From an uncultured virus (IMG/VR IMGVR_UViG_3300029955_000017) (lineage: Duplodnaviria; Heunggongvirae; Uroviricota; Caudoviricetes), in the IMG/VR virus record IMGVR_UViG_3300029955_000017: a stretch of DNA of 64,000 bases, one strand, 5' to 3'. Below are positions 10,306 to 19,421 of this stretch, piece after piece. The notes below the pieces were generated by a model, which worked only from the letters and a program-made list of their open reading frames with translations, did not search any database and was not told the DNA's origin. Made by a program: the position numbers and the translations under genes. Every line of letters begins with the position of its first letter. The first letter of the stretch is position 1.

Positions 10306-11928
10306 ATGCTGACTACTGTTGAAGCCGGCGCATTCTGCGATGAGCTGGCAAAGATCGCGTTGGTTGAGCGCTTGGCACGCCTTGGGGCGACGGATATTCC
10401 GGGCACGCCTCGCTTATTGATGAAACACCGTGACCCCGAAGAGCTGGCCGCGCTTCAACACGGGATTACGAACACGTGGGATCGAGGGGCCGCGCCGCTT
10501 AAGGCCAAGGTCGATGCCGTCGCCGAGCATGTTCCCACCGAGCTCGGTAAGAAGGTGGTGCGCGGCCTTGGGCACACGGCCATCGATAACCCAGACGCCG
10601 CGTTGATGAGCGCCGTTCCCCTCCCGTTTGCCAGCGCTGCCTACATGGCCGGCAAAAGAGGGCTCGAAGGGCTCATTGATCGCGTTGCCCCCGTGGCTAA
10701 CCCCCAGCCACTGCTCAAAGCGGCTTTCTTGGCGTCGGGAGGTTACCTCCTTAATCAAGTGGGTAAACCTAAGGTGCGCCCTGAAAACCCTGAGCCAAAA
10801 CCCAGTCTTATTGTAAAACAGGGTATGTTTCCTACGGACACCCCGCCCGGACCGATTGATCCTTCGGTGACCAAACACCTCAAGGACAGCGCCCGTATCG
10901 CTGCACCAGGTAAGAGCCTTCCGGGCGTACCCAATTCGGCGGGCAGTGGGCACTCTATCGCGGGGGCGAAGACCGCTGCGAGCTGGACCAAGCTCGCGGT
11001 GAGCCCGGAGTGGATCAATGCTCGCGTACAGGCTGCGGCGGCGAACGGGGTGGACCCTGCCCGGGGGTACAAGTTTTTGGATCGCACGTCGAAGAAGTTC
11101 GTGTTCGGCACGAACGAAGCGGCGGCCAACAAGCACTTCTCGGCCAATTTCGCCGGATTGAAGGCCGGGCTGGGGAAGGCGCCCGAAGCAATTGCGGAAG
11201 CGGGGCGGCGCAACGCGGCCACCGCCGTCAGCGGCATTCGAAACGCAGCGCCAGCCGCGGTGGATGCGCTGGGGGCAACAGTGCCCTCTCTGCGCTCCAC
11301 CGCTATTTCAGATGCAGCGCCGGTGGCGTCAGCCGCCCGATCGATGAACCCCTACCTGTTGGGGGGTGCCGCCCTTGGGGGCGCGGCGTTGTTGGGCGGT
11401 GGTGCCTACTTAGCGCACCGGGCGCTCTCGCGGCCAGCCCAAGAGCCGCTGCCTCCCCAGGAGAAAGCGGCCTGGGCTAAGCTGGCCTTTAGCGACAGCG
11501 GCTTTGGGCCCACGGGAGGCGTCTTCCGACCCCAGTACGCGAGCTACCAAGGCACCGTGCCCATCCCGTCCCCGGTGGTCATGGACCCACGGCTGAAGCA
11601 CGGGGGCAATGCACCGCGCGATCAGAAGAAAGTGGCCTTCGACCAGAGTGGGTTTGGCATGGCCACGTCGATTGGGCCGACGCACGGGAACGGGGGCAAC
11701 CACGAGAGCTACCAGGGGCGCCTTCCCTTGCCTCCGGTCGTGACCCTCGATCCTTTTCTACGGAAGAAGACCGCGGCCATTCCCTTGACGCCCAAGGGGC
11801 GTTTAGCGAGCAGCGCGAGGGAAGGTGCGCCGAAGACCACGGGCTTTACCGGGCCCTCGGTAGCGGAAGTGTCCAAGCCGGTAGGTTTCGGGCGCAACCT
11901 GCCCGGTGCGTCGAAGGGCAGCATTTGA
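10306..11928 (+). CDS. Putative internal virion (poly)protein with repeated K-x-A motifs
   Basis: N-terminal AFCDELAKIA shared with upstream gene; repeated W-x-KLA; internal duplication near C-terminus. Confidence 0.55.
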   Translation: MLTTVEAGAFCDELAKIALVERLARLGATDIPGTPRLLMKHRDPEELAALQHGITNTWDRGAAPLKAKVDAVAEHVPTELGKKVVRGLGHTAIDNPDAALMSAVPLPFASAAYMAGKRGLEGLIDRVAPVANPQPLLKAAFLASGGYLLNQVGKPKVRPENPEPKPSLIVKQGMFPTDTPPGPIDPSVTKHLKDSARIAAPGKSLPGVPNSAGSGHSIAGAKTAASWTKLAVSPEWINARVQAAAANGVDPARGYKFLDRTSKKFVFGTNEAAANKHFSANFAGLKAGLGKAPEAIAEAGRRNAATAVSGIRNAAPAAVDALGATVPSLRSTAISDAAPVASAARSMNPYLLGGAALGGAALLGGGAYLAHRALSRPAQEPLPPQEKAAWAKLAFSDSGFGPTGGVFRPQYASYQGTVPIPSPVVMDPRLKHGGNAPRDQKKVAFDQSGFGMATSIGPTHGNGGNHESYQGRLPLPPVVTLDPFLRKKTAAIPLTPKGRLASSAREGAPKTTGFTGPSVAEVSKPVGFGRNLPGASKGSI

Positions 11929-12492
11929 CGCTGAGGGACGCACGAAGAAGCGGTATATGAGCCCCGCTACCAGCAGGTTGAAGGCGAGGACACCACCGGC
12001 GACGAGGATGATGACCAACGTTCGGTGTTCGGTTGCGGCCTCGAGTTGAGCCAAGGTACCCTGCGTTGCCGTGAGCGCGGCTTGGGCTTCCTTCAGAAGA
12101 GACGCGAGATAGTTCTCTTGTTCTGCTAAACGGGGGACGACAACCGTATCCCACGTTTCTCCGAATGTTTGACCTAGGGTACCAACCGCATGGTTAAAGC
12201 GTTGTTCGATGTCTTGCCCTGCCTTGCGCTCTGTTAATAAAGCCCGGGTCGCGAGGTGGTCACCGGCTACTTCCAGCTTGGTGAAGGACGCATCTTCAAA
12301 AGGAAGCACCGGCTGAAGTGCGCTCGTCATCAGCTTAGGGATTTCCGGCTCAACGCCTTTTGCAGCGCTTTGCATCAAGGAGGCCACATCGCTGTCGCCG
12401 TGCTTCACAAGAGTTTGTTCCGCCGACGCAAACCACGAGGCACACCCTGTAATAACGAGAGAAAAGCTCAGTACAAACCAGCGCAACATCAT
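11803..12492 (-). CDS. Lipoprotein with C-terminal TM helix (u-spanin-like architecture)
   Basis: Signal peptide with lipobox VITGC, helical middle, hydrophobic C-terminal segment. Confidence 0.55.
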   Translation of the reverse strand: MMLRWFVLSFSLVITGCASWFASAEQTLVKHGDSDVASLMQSAAKGVEPEIPKLMTSALQPVLPFEDASFTKLEVAGDHLATRALLTERKAGQDIEQRFNHAVGTLGQTFGETWDTVVVPRLAEQENYLASLLKEAQAALTATQGTLAQLEAATEHRTLVIILVAGGVLAFNLLVAGLIYRFFVRPSASNAALRRTGQVAPETYRLGHFRYRGPGKARGLRRTFPRAAR

Positions 12493-12529
12493 GATTAAAT
12501 GGAAAGCGTGTGGTCTGGTCCCGTCAACA

Positions 12530-12556
12530 CAAAAGGCAGGGGATGCGTGGCATAAG
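12530..12556 (+). promoter_or_regulatory. Phage-type promoter CAAAA-N14-GGCATAAG
   Basis: Copy of recurrent intergenic motif, 13 nt before ATG 12570. Confidence 0.65.
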
Positions 12557-12569
12557 AGGGCTGAGACCT

Positions 12570-13232
12570 ATGACCTCGCATTTACATGACGGGTGCCCCG
12601 TGGTGCTGGCCGCCGTGCGTCGGGCCACTTTTTTACCTCTGTGGTTATTCGTAAGCGATCAGGAAGCGCTTTGGGCTGACATTGAGGAGCGCGCACGCGC
12701 ATCGCGCCCCGATGATACCGCCGTACGCTTGCGCATGTTCTACAGCCTTGAGCTTTTGTACACCCAAGCGATTCCTCGGCAGGTATTTCTGTCGGCCAGC
12801 CTTGCGCCGGTGACGCAAAAACTCACGCTCTCCTCCTACTTGAAGCCGATGTATCCAAGAACCAATGCGGGCCTTGTGGCCCTTCAGCAGGATGCGGTGC
12901 GGCTTCGTTTGCGCCTCTCCGGGTTGGCGGGTTCCGCCGTTCTTCTTCAAAATCATGAAGACACAAGCCTTCAATGGGTTGCCGTTTACGATACCCTGCG
13001 AACGCTACTCGGGGCCGTAACGACAACCGTTGACGCTATTAGTGGGTGCCTACGCCGCAACGATGTTCAACAAGCGGCACACGTAGGCACCTTGTTGATG
13101 CAGTCTTTTTACGATTCACATTTAACCAAAGCAGAGATCGAGGTTGAGCTGCACGCGTTGCTCAACGTGACGTCCTTCAATGCAGGAGCCCCATGGCAAA
13201 AGAACGTAAAGAACCCGAGCTCGCCGAGTTGA
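12570..13232 (+). CDS. hypothetical protein
   Basis: ORF directly downstream of promoter motif. Confidence 0.65.
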   Translation: MTSHLHDGCPVVLAAVRRATFLPLWLFVSDQEALWADIEERARASRPDDTAVRLRMFYSLELLYTQAIPRQVFLSASLAPVTQKLTLSSYLKPMYPRTNAGLVALQQDAVRLRLRLSGLAGSAVLLQNHEDTSLQWVAVYDTLRTLLGAVTTTVDAISGCLRRNDVQQAAHVGTLLMQSFYDSHLTKAEIEVELHALLNVTSFNAGAPWQKNVKNPSSPS

Positions 13233-13570
13233 TCTTTCATGTTGAAGAACATTCATTGCTGGAATGCCCGGGAGCCCTGTTCAAGGCTACGGGACGCGTT
13301 ATTCTTACAACGGAAGTTGGCAACCTGGCGTTGTGGGATCAGGTTGTAAAGAAGTTGGACGGCCTGCCGGTTTATTCAGCGACTACACTGGCAGAGACCC
13401 TTGTGGAAGCGGTCAAGCAACGGACCACCAAAGCGTTGGAAGACGCTCGTGTGGAGATCGAGCAACTAAAAGCTTCCGTGGCCTTCGAGATCGATCGCAA
13501 CGATCGGTTGACACGAGAAGCTAAGGATAAGATCCAAGAACTTCAACAAGAAGTTGATGTCCTTCGATAG
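13193..13570 (+). CDS. hypothetical coiled-coil protein
   Basis: AGGAG RBS; E/K-rich heptad C-terminus. Confidence 0.7.
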   Translation: MAKERKEPELAELIFHVEEHSLLECPGALFKATGRVILTTEVGNLALWDQVVKKLDGLPVYSATTLAETLVEAVKQRTTKALEDARVEIEQLKASVAFEIDRNDRLTREAKDKIQELQQEVDVLR

Positions 13571-13600
13571 TTTATAGACGCGGGATGCTACGCTTAAGGC

Positions 13601-14077
13601 ATGCCCCGCACGATGAGCGTTTGTGAGTCACAAATTACAACGGAAGAGAGCGCTGACCGGCTGTACGCTTTCCTCAAGACCGGCGCGGATACAACGCAGC
13701 CTGAAGTCAATGCATCGGCGGTGACGGGCTTGAACCCGGATCCGTACGCAGCGCCGCCTCTGCGCAAAGACCTCGAAGGCACGGACAGCGCCCTGTGGGG
13801 ACAAGAGCCGGAAAGCGATGGCAAGGCCACCGCTCAGGTGCACTCGAACGCGGTGTGGGATGGCTTTCGTGCTGGGCGGGAGCGGTTCCTTGAACGTAAC
13901 TTCGATTCCTTTAAGCCGAGTCAAGAGCAGACGCAGGCACTGTTGAGCGGTCAGCTCGAGCACTTCAAAAGTGGGGATCACGAAAGCTCGACGCCCTTCA
14001 CGCGAGACCACAGCAAGCGCCGCCCTGTAGAGGTCGAAACCGTGTTCGACAAAACCAAGCGGCTCTTGGGTACGTGA
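13601..14077 (+). CDS. hypothetical protein (possibly virion)
   Basis: TGcTACGCT-N6-ATG leaderless start. Confidence 0.7.
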   Translation: MPRTMSVCESQITTEESADRLYAFLKTGADTTQPEVNASAVTGLNPDPYAAPPLRKDLEGTDSALWGQEPESDGKATAQVHSNAVWDGFRAGRERFLERNFDSFKPSQEQTQALLSGQLEHFKSGDHESSTPFTRDHSKRRPVEVETVFDKTKRLLGT

Positions 14078-14103
14078 AAGCAGCAAGCATCCGAGGGCAT
14101 AAC
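14076..14103 (+). promoter_or_regulatory. Phage-type promoter GAAAG-N15-GGCATAAC upstream of sigma gene
   Basis: Motif copy followed by GGAG RBS and ATG 14122. Confidence 0.65.
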
Positions 14104-14121
14104 ATCCTCGGAGAACACCAC

Positions 14122-14934
14122 ATGCCGACGATCGATCCTCTCAACAGCTATCTTCGGAAGAAGACGGCCGCCCAACAAAAATGTGAAGAAGACGATCACG
14201 CCTTGGTTACCCAGTGGCAGCAGGCGCATCAAGGCGACGCTGTAAACCCCGCGCTGACGCATCAAGTACTTCAGCGCTTTCAGCCTACGATTCAAACGGC
14301 GCTGAAGAAGTACAAATCGCCGCTCACGGGACCGGGCATCAACGCCGCTGCAAAAACCTATGCGGTTGAAGCCCTCAGAACGTACGACCCCTCCCGCGGC
14401 GCTTCTTTTAACACGCATTTGACCAATACGTTGCGGCGGCTGCATCGAGAGAACAATCAAGCGCAAGCCTCCTACGTTCCGGAAGACCATGTGACGTACT
14501 TCGGGCCCGCTCAGCGCGCGCACGATGAATTCGTCGATGAGTTTGGGCGGACACCGACGCCGGAAGAGCATGAGCAACGGCTGAATGAAATGCTACCGGA
14601 ACGCCGCCGTTTGGCCCCCGGGGCCTTGGCACCCATCCTGGCGCTCAAGCGCAACACCGTGGTCTCCAGCAACTTCGCTTCGTCTCCCAACACGTTTGCG
14701 CAGGATCTAGAGCAGCAAAATGTGGCGCTTGGGCGCCATGACCTCGCTGAGCCGGATCGCAAAGTCTACGACTTGATCTACGGCAACAACGTGACGAGTA
14801 CCGGGGACATCGCTAAGCGCTTAGGTATGAGCGACCCCGCGGTTTCTCGTGCAAAGACCCGCATCGAAAAGACCCTCTCCCAACCGGTGGGCGCTTCCAA
14901 GCGCAAGAAGCCGGGCGCTCTTTCTTCCCCGTAA
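14122..14934 (+). CDS. RNA polymerase sigma-70 family factor (group 3, FliA/SigF-like)
   Basis: Region 2 AVEALRTYDPSRGASFNTH; region 3 FGRTPTPEE; region 4 HTH STGDIAKRLGMSDPAVSR. Confidence 0.85.
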   Translation: MPTIDPLNSYLRKKTAAQQKCEEDDHALVTQWQQAHQGDAVNPALTHQVLQRFQPTIQTALKKYKSPLTGPGINAAAKTYAVEALRTYDPSRGASFNTHLTNTLRRLHRENNQAQASYVPEDHVTYFGPAQRAHDEFVDEFGRTPTPEEHEQRLNEMLPERRRLAPGALAPILALKRNTVVSSNFASSPNTFAQDLEQQNVALGRHDLAEPDRKVYDLIYGNNVTSTGDIAKRLGMSDPAVSRAKTRIEKTLSQPVGASKRKKPGALSSP

Positions 14935-15002
14935 TTCATTCTCCTGTCTATTTCCTCGCGGCGTCGGCTTACCCCGGCGCCGCTTTTTATTTGGAGTTTT
15001 TC

Positions 15003-16217
15003 ATGAATCAGACCTCGTTCCCGGATTATCAAGCGGCCGCTTCCTCCGCAGTCGTACAACGAGCGGACAGGCGTCTCAAAGAGTACACGCAAGCGGGCAA
15101 GCTGGCGGGGATGGCCCTCTTCAATACGCTGCGCGAGAACATCATCACGCCCTATCGCATTTACACGACCGACATGACCTTCGAGGGCGCTGCAAAAATG
15201 GGGGAAGCACCGATCTATCGTGCGCAAGTGGGTGACACCCGCAAGCTGTTTCAGTTGCACCGTCATGCGCTCGGGCAGATGGCCAGCGAAGTAAAAATCC
15301 CGACCACGTTCGTAAACACCCTGACCGAAGGGGAAGATTGGGAACGCGTGGAGCTGGCACAACTGCTCGAAGAGCGCTTTCACAAGCTCAATTTTAACCA
15401 GCGAGGGGGTGGTGCTCCCCGCTTCATCAACTTGGTGGTGGGGAACCAAGTACGGGGTTTCGTATCCCGCTCCTTCAAGCGCTACTTGAAAAGCGGTCCT
15501 ATCTTCGAAGCCTTCGTTACAGCCTGTGCGCAGTTCGGTGCCATGCCTGTGGAAGCGCTGACGAGCGACCTCGCATTTACGCTGCGCTGCGTACTGCCCT
15601 ACGTATTCGAGCTCAAGCGCAACAACCACATTGCGGTGGGCGTCAGCTGCAGCAACAGCGACTTTGGCGCGGGTACGTTCCGAATAAGTGCCACCGTTAT
15701 GAACTTGCAAACGGGGGTGATCTCCGTCGTGCGCCACGCCAAAGAAGAAAAGCACGTGGGAGCCGCGGAGAAGGACACAGGCAATAGCGAAGTCCTGTCC
15801 GACGAAACCATTGAAAAGAAGCTCTTGGCGACACAGTCGGAGGTACGGGATGTTGTGACTAGCGTGCTTCACCCAGATCACGTGAATGAGCTCTTGCAGC
15901 AGATTCGGGCGAGCATGGACAAGGAGATTTCCTGGTCCAGGTTTACGCATTACATGCAGGGTAAGCTGACAAGCGAAGAGCTGCGGGAGCTGAGTGTGAC
16001 GCTCGAGAATGCGCAGAAGAGCTGCGCCATCGCGGACATTACCTACGACGTCGACCAGCAGGCCATCATCAATCTTTGGTGGGCCGCAAGCGCCACGGCG
16101 GAAGTAGCGAAGCGCCACATCGGCGAAAAGCGCGATGAGCTTCAGTGCGCCGCAGGGCATCTTCTTTCCAGTGCCTTCTCTGCAGGAACCTTTACACCTC
16201 CCCGCACCACGCTGTAA
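15003..16217 (+). CDS. DUF932-like phage/plasmid protein
   Basis: HALGQMA..VKIP, VRGFVSRSFK and SNSDFGAG motifs; GGAG RBS. Confidence 0.6.
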   Translation: MNQTSFPDYQAAASSAVVQRADRRLKEYTQAGKLAGMALFNTLRENIITPYRIYTTDMTFEGAAKMGEAPIYRAQVGDTRKLFQLHRHALGQMASEVKIPTTFVNTLTEGEDWERVELAQLLEERFHKLNFNQRGGGAPRFINLVVGNQVRGFVSRSFKRYLKSGPIFEAFVTACAQFGAMPVEALTSDLAFTLRCVLPYVFELKRNNHIAVGVSCSNSDFGAGTFRISATVMNLQTGVISVVRHAKEEKHVGAAEKDTGNSEVLSDETIEKKLLATQSEVRDVVTSVLHPDHVNELLQQIRASMDKEISWSRFTHYMQGKLTSEELRELSVTLENAQKSCAIADITYDVDQQAIINLWWAASATAEVAKRHIGEKRDELQCAAGHLLSSAFSAGTFTPPRTTL

Positions 16218-16227
16218 AAGCAGACCC

Positions 16228-16962
16228 ATGGCTAGACGACCAGTACCGACAGCAGCGCAAACGCGCGTGATGTCCCATGCTTGGTCTCGCCCTGGCCGCC
16301 ATGTAATAGGAATTGACGAAGTAGGTCGAGGGGCCTGTGCAGGCCCCTTGGTCGTCGTCGGTGTTCTGGCGGAACGGGAGTGGGATCATGCGCTCGCCCG
16401 TGATTCGAAGAAGCTTTCCCACAAGCGCCACATGGAAGGCTACGACGCTTTTATTAGTCAGGGAAAAGCGGGTGATGGAATCGTGGCCGTTCTCTTGGCG
16501 GCGTATGAACCCGAAGAAGTGGATGTTCTAGGGCTTGACGCCGCGAACCGCGACTTGACCCTGCGCATAGCCCAGGCACTGTACGCGCTTCAACCCTCCC
16601 CGATCATGCTCGATGGCGACCTGCTGCCTTTCATTGAGGGCATTCCGCCCGAAGACCTTTTCAACATGCCGTCTTCAGACGCGTTGGTCGCAAGCTCTGG
16701 AGCGGCCAGCGTTATTGCGAAAGCACACAGGGATACTGAGATGATGGAAAACCTGCACCCTGTCTTTCCTCAGTACGGTTGGTACTTCAACAAGGGGTAC
16801 TTGACCATGGGGCATGCGCAGGCCATCCAGCAGTACGGCGTGTGCCCCGTGCACCGCTATTCGTATCAACGCATCAAAGAATCCCTGGTAGACTCTTCCC
16901 TATGGCTATCCCGTCAGAAGCGGACCGTGACGCGCGCTTGGATGCGTTATCTTCGGCGTTGA
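16228..16962 (+). CDS. rnhB: Ribonuclease HII
   Basis: GIDEVGRGACAGP, DSKKL, AASVIAK..RD and YGW..NKGY motifs. Confidence 0.92.
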   Translation: MARRPVPTAAQTRVMSHAWSRPGRHVIGIDEVGRGACAGPLVVVGVLAEREWDHALARDSKKLSHKRHMEGYDAFISQGKAGDGIVAVLLAAYEPEEVDVLGLDAANRDLTLRIAQALYALQPSPIMLDGDLLPFIEGIPPEDLFNMPSSDALVASSGAASVIAKAHRDTEMMENLHPVFPQYGWYFNKGYLTMGHAQAIQQYGVCPVHRYSYQRIKESLVDSSLWLSRQKRTVTRAWMRYLRR

Positions 16963-17126
16963 GCGCGTGGTCTATACAGCGCACGACGTACCTGAATAAC
17001 CAAGTCGCTTTTTGCAAGCGCGTGCTTAAAGGGCGAACGGGCGCTGAGCGCCTGAACGCCGTCACGTCGACGCAAGCCAACGCATTGACGGTGGATTCCC
17101 TCACTCAGTTTTTGACGGGTGCGTAG
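16902..17126 (+). CDS. hypothetical protein
   Basis: TGgTAGACT-N7-ATG inside the 3' end of rnhB. Confidence 0.6.
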   Translation: MAIPSEADRDARLDALSSALSAWSIQRTTYLNNQVAFCKRVLKGRTGAERLNAVTSTQANALTVDSLTQFLTGA

Positions 17127-17138
17127 TAAGCTAGTCGC

Positions 17139-18176
17139 ATGAGCATCATCGTCGGTACCCCTGTCCTCCCCCAGGTTGAGAACACCGTCGAGATTGTTCA
17201 ACTTCAAGTTATTACACGTACCGAGGAATGGGAAAATCTCTTCGATCGCATTGAGATATGGCGCTCGAGGGTGTCGCCCCTTGGTCCGTTCGAAGCGCTC
17301 ACGGCCTTGAGCTGGTCGCCGGCTATTCTCCCTCGAAACGCCGGGGGTATTCCCCCACTCCCGGTAACCGGACGCCAAGTGCTCCTGCAGGGAACACAGC
17401 TACTTTTGAAGGTCGATGGCGTCGATGACCTCGTCGTAACCTTCAGTACTCCTGGCGCTGTTTCGTACGCAGCAGCAGCAGGAACAATCACTACTCAGGG
17501 CGCTGGGCGCTTCAGCGCCTATGTTGATGGTGACGGCAAAGTCATCCTCTTGGGAACACGTCCGGGAACTGGGGCGGTTCTTGAGGTTACGGGGGGAGAC
17601 GCTGCTCCTCTGCTGGGGTTGCCCCTGCATGGCCCGGAAAACATCGCGTATGGTAGGGATGCGCATATCGGGTTGATTCCAGGGCAGCAACAGTACCTTT
17701 TCACGGACTTACGTGGGAGCAAGCGCTACTACTACCGAACGCGCTTTTTCAACGCGCAGACGCTGGCCACCAGTGAGTTCAGCACCGCGTTCAGCGTCAA
17801 CCAATCCTTGGGGATTAGCCCGGCCAACGTCGTTTTTGGGTTCGTGGCTTTGGTCGGAACCGATGGGCGCCCGTTGGTGAACCAGCTGGTACAGGTTTAC
17901 GCGCCGACGCAGTCGCAATTGATTGAAGGCAAACTCGTCACCGGCCCCCGGCAAGCGCGGTTCACCGACGTCAACGGCTACGTTGCTTTCACGCTCGTAC
18001 GGGGGGTGCAGTACGTTGTCAGCGTTACGGGAACGGATCTTGTGCGCAACATTCAAGCGCCAACTGACCCAACGATCACGATGTTCAGCTTGTTCGAAAA
18101 AAGTATCGGGCTTCAAGACGACCTGTTCACCGTCGACCGCCCCCCTTTGGTCTACGCCGAAGCGAGGACGTTATAG
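17139..18176 (+). CDS. Virion structural protein
   Basis: Beta-rich; contains a module shared with 51128 and 58856 proteins; TAAGCT-N6-ATG. Confidence 0.6.
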   Translation: MSIIVGTPVLPQVENTVEIVQLQVITRTEEWENLFDRIEIWRSRVSPLGPFEALTALSWSPAILPRNAGGIPPLPVTGRQVLLQGTQLLLKVDGVDDLVVTFSTPGAVSYAAAAGTITTQGAGRFSAYVDGDGKVILLGTRPGTGAVLEVTGGDAAPLLGLPLHGPENIAYGRDAHIGLIPGQQQYLFTDLRGSKRYYYRTRFFNAQTLATSEFSTAFSVNQSLGISPANVVFGFVALVGTDGRPLVNQLVQVYAPTQSQLIEGKLVTGPRQARFTDVNGYVAFTLVRGVQYVVSVTGTDLVRNIQAPTDPTITMFSLFEKSIGLQDDLFTVDRPPLVYAEARTL

Positions 18177-18421
18177 TGAACCTTTTCACCCTCATCTTTC
18201 CTGACCGCCAGGGAAGCGGGCGCATAGGGCGCTGTCGTTTACCCTGGGTCTCCGGTCAACCTGTGCGGAGGTACTTGCACGCGCCCGTGCTTCGGGAGCT
18301 CGGTCTTATTGGATTATCCCAACGCTGCAAGCTGTACAACAGCCAGAAAACCTTGGTGAAGCTGTACTACGTCCCTCCCCCCAACGACTTCGTAGTGTTG
18401 ATCCCCGTGAGAGCGTCATGA
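18176..18421 (+). CDS. hypothetical protein
   Basis: Coupled to both neighbours. Confidence 0.55.
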   Translation: MNLFTLIFPDRQGSGRIGRCRLPWVSGQPVRRYLHAPVLRELGLIGLSQRCKLYNSQKTLVKLYYVPPPNDFVVLIPVRAS

Positions 18422-19311
18422 GCTACCAGAACGTCGACGTCTATGTGCTCACTCGGGACACCCAGCAGCCAGTGTCCGGGGTTTTGGTGCGCGTGTTCTC
18501 CCCCGATGGTTCGGTCATTTTCACCGAGAGCGAAACCGACGAAGCCGGCCACGTCGGCTTTACGCTGTGGAGTCAAACCTACAGCCTGCGCTTCTACCGA
18601 TTTCAGGCACGCTTTCGTCAGCCCCAGGTGATCGTTGTATCCGAAGGCGTAGGGGGTACCCCGGCACAGAACCAGTTCAATGTCTATGCCGAAATGATGG
18701 CATTGCCCATCGCGAACGACCCGTACCTTTGTCGGGCTTCCGGTACCTTTCGCGACATCACAGGTGCGCCGCATCGTAATCTCACCATCATCTTCATTGG
18801 TGAGTTTGCCCCAATCTTGTTACAAGGATCGGGAGTTCTGTCAGAGCGCAGGGCTATCAGGACCGACGACAAGGGCTTCGCCTGCGTGGATCTCATCCGA
18901 TGCGCCCGATATGCAGCGACGGTGGAAGGTTACGAGGATCATGTGCGCAAGATATGCGTACCCGACGCGCCGAGCGTGAGTTTGCCCGCGCTCCTCTTCT
19001 CTATGGTGGACTCCGTTTACTTCGATCCCCCCTCGCCCTGGACCCTCTCCGTTGGCAGCACGCTCTCCCTAACGCCTACCGTTTTCACCAACAGCCAAAT
19101 TCCGACGTTGGGACCCGATGGAGCCAACGTGATCTGGAAAGCCGCAGACCCGACGGTGGTCAGCGTGACCTTGTTGAAGCGCTCGCTGGTGCTGCGCGGG
19201 CTGAAGGTGGGCAACACGCAGCTCTTGGCCTCGCGCCGCGATCTCAGCATCATACCCATCCCCTTCCAGCCCGAACTGCTGGGCTCGGGTCAGAGCGTCT
19301 TCGTCCAGTAG
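18418..19311 (+). CDS. Virion protein with carboxypeptidase-regulatory-like and Ig-like (Big_2) domains
   Basis: PVSGVLVRV...TDEAGHV motif; C-terminal VIWKAADPTVVSV...GLKVGNT. Confidence 0.6.
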   Translation: MSYQNVDVYVLTRDTQQPVSGVLVRVFSPDGSVIFTESETDEAGHVGFTLWSQTYSLRFYRFQARFRQPQVIVVSEGVGGTPAQNQFNVYAEMMALPIANDPYLCRASGTFRDITGAPHRNLTIIFIGEFAPILLQGSGVLSERRAIRTDDKGFACVDLIRCARYAATVEGYEDHVRKICVPDAPSVSLPALLFSMVDSVYFDPPSPWTLSVGSTLSLTPTVFTNSQIPTLGPDGANVIWKAADPTVVSVTLLKRSLVLRGLKVGNTQLLASRRDLSIIPIPFQPELLGSGQSVFVQ

Positions 19312-19421
19312 GCTTTCGGCGTGCGGCCCACGACGCCCAGTGGGTCTTCGCCCGCGCCGCCGTCGCCCAGGTAGCGGCCCGGGCCGAAGAGCTCTTGCGC
19401 TGGTTGGGGGATGCCCTGCCC

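Noticed and set aside
14778..16229. 483-aa minus-strand ORF
   Set aside because: Antisense shadow of the DUF932-like gene; no motifs
18900..19421. 5' extension of ORF 18900-20003
   Set aside because: Overlaps the well-supported 18418-19311 gene by more than 400 nt
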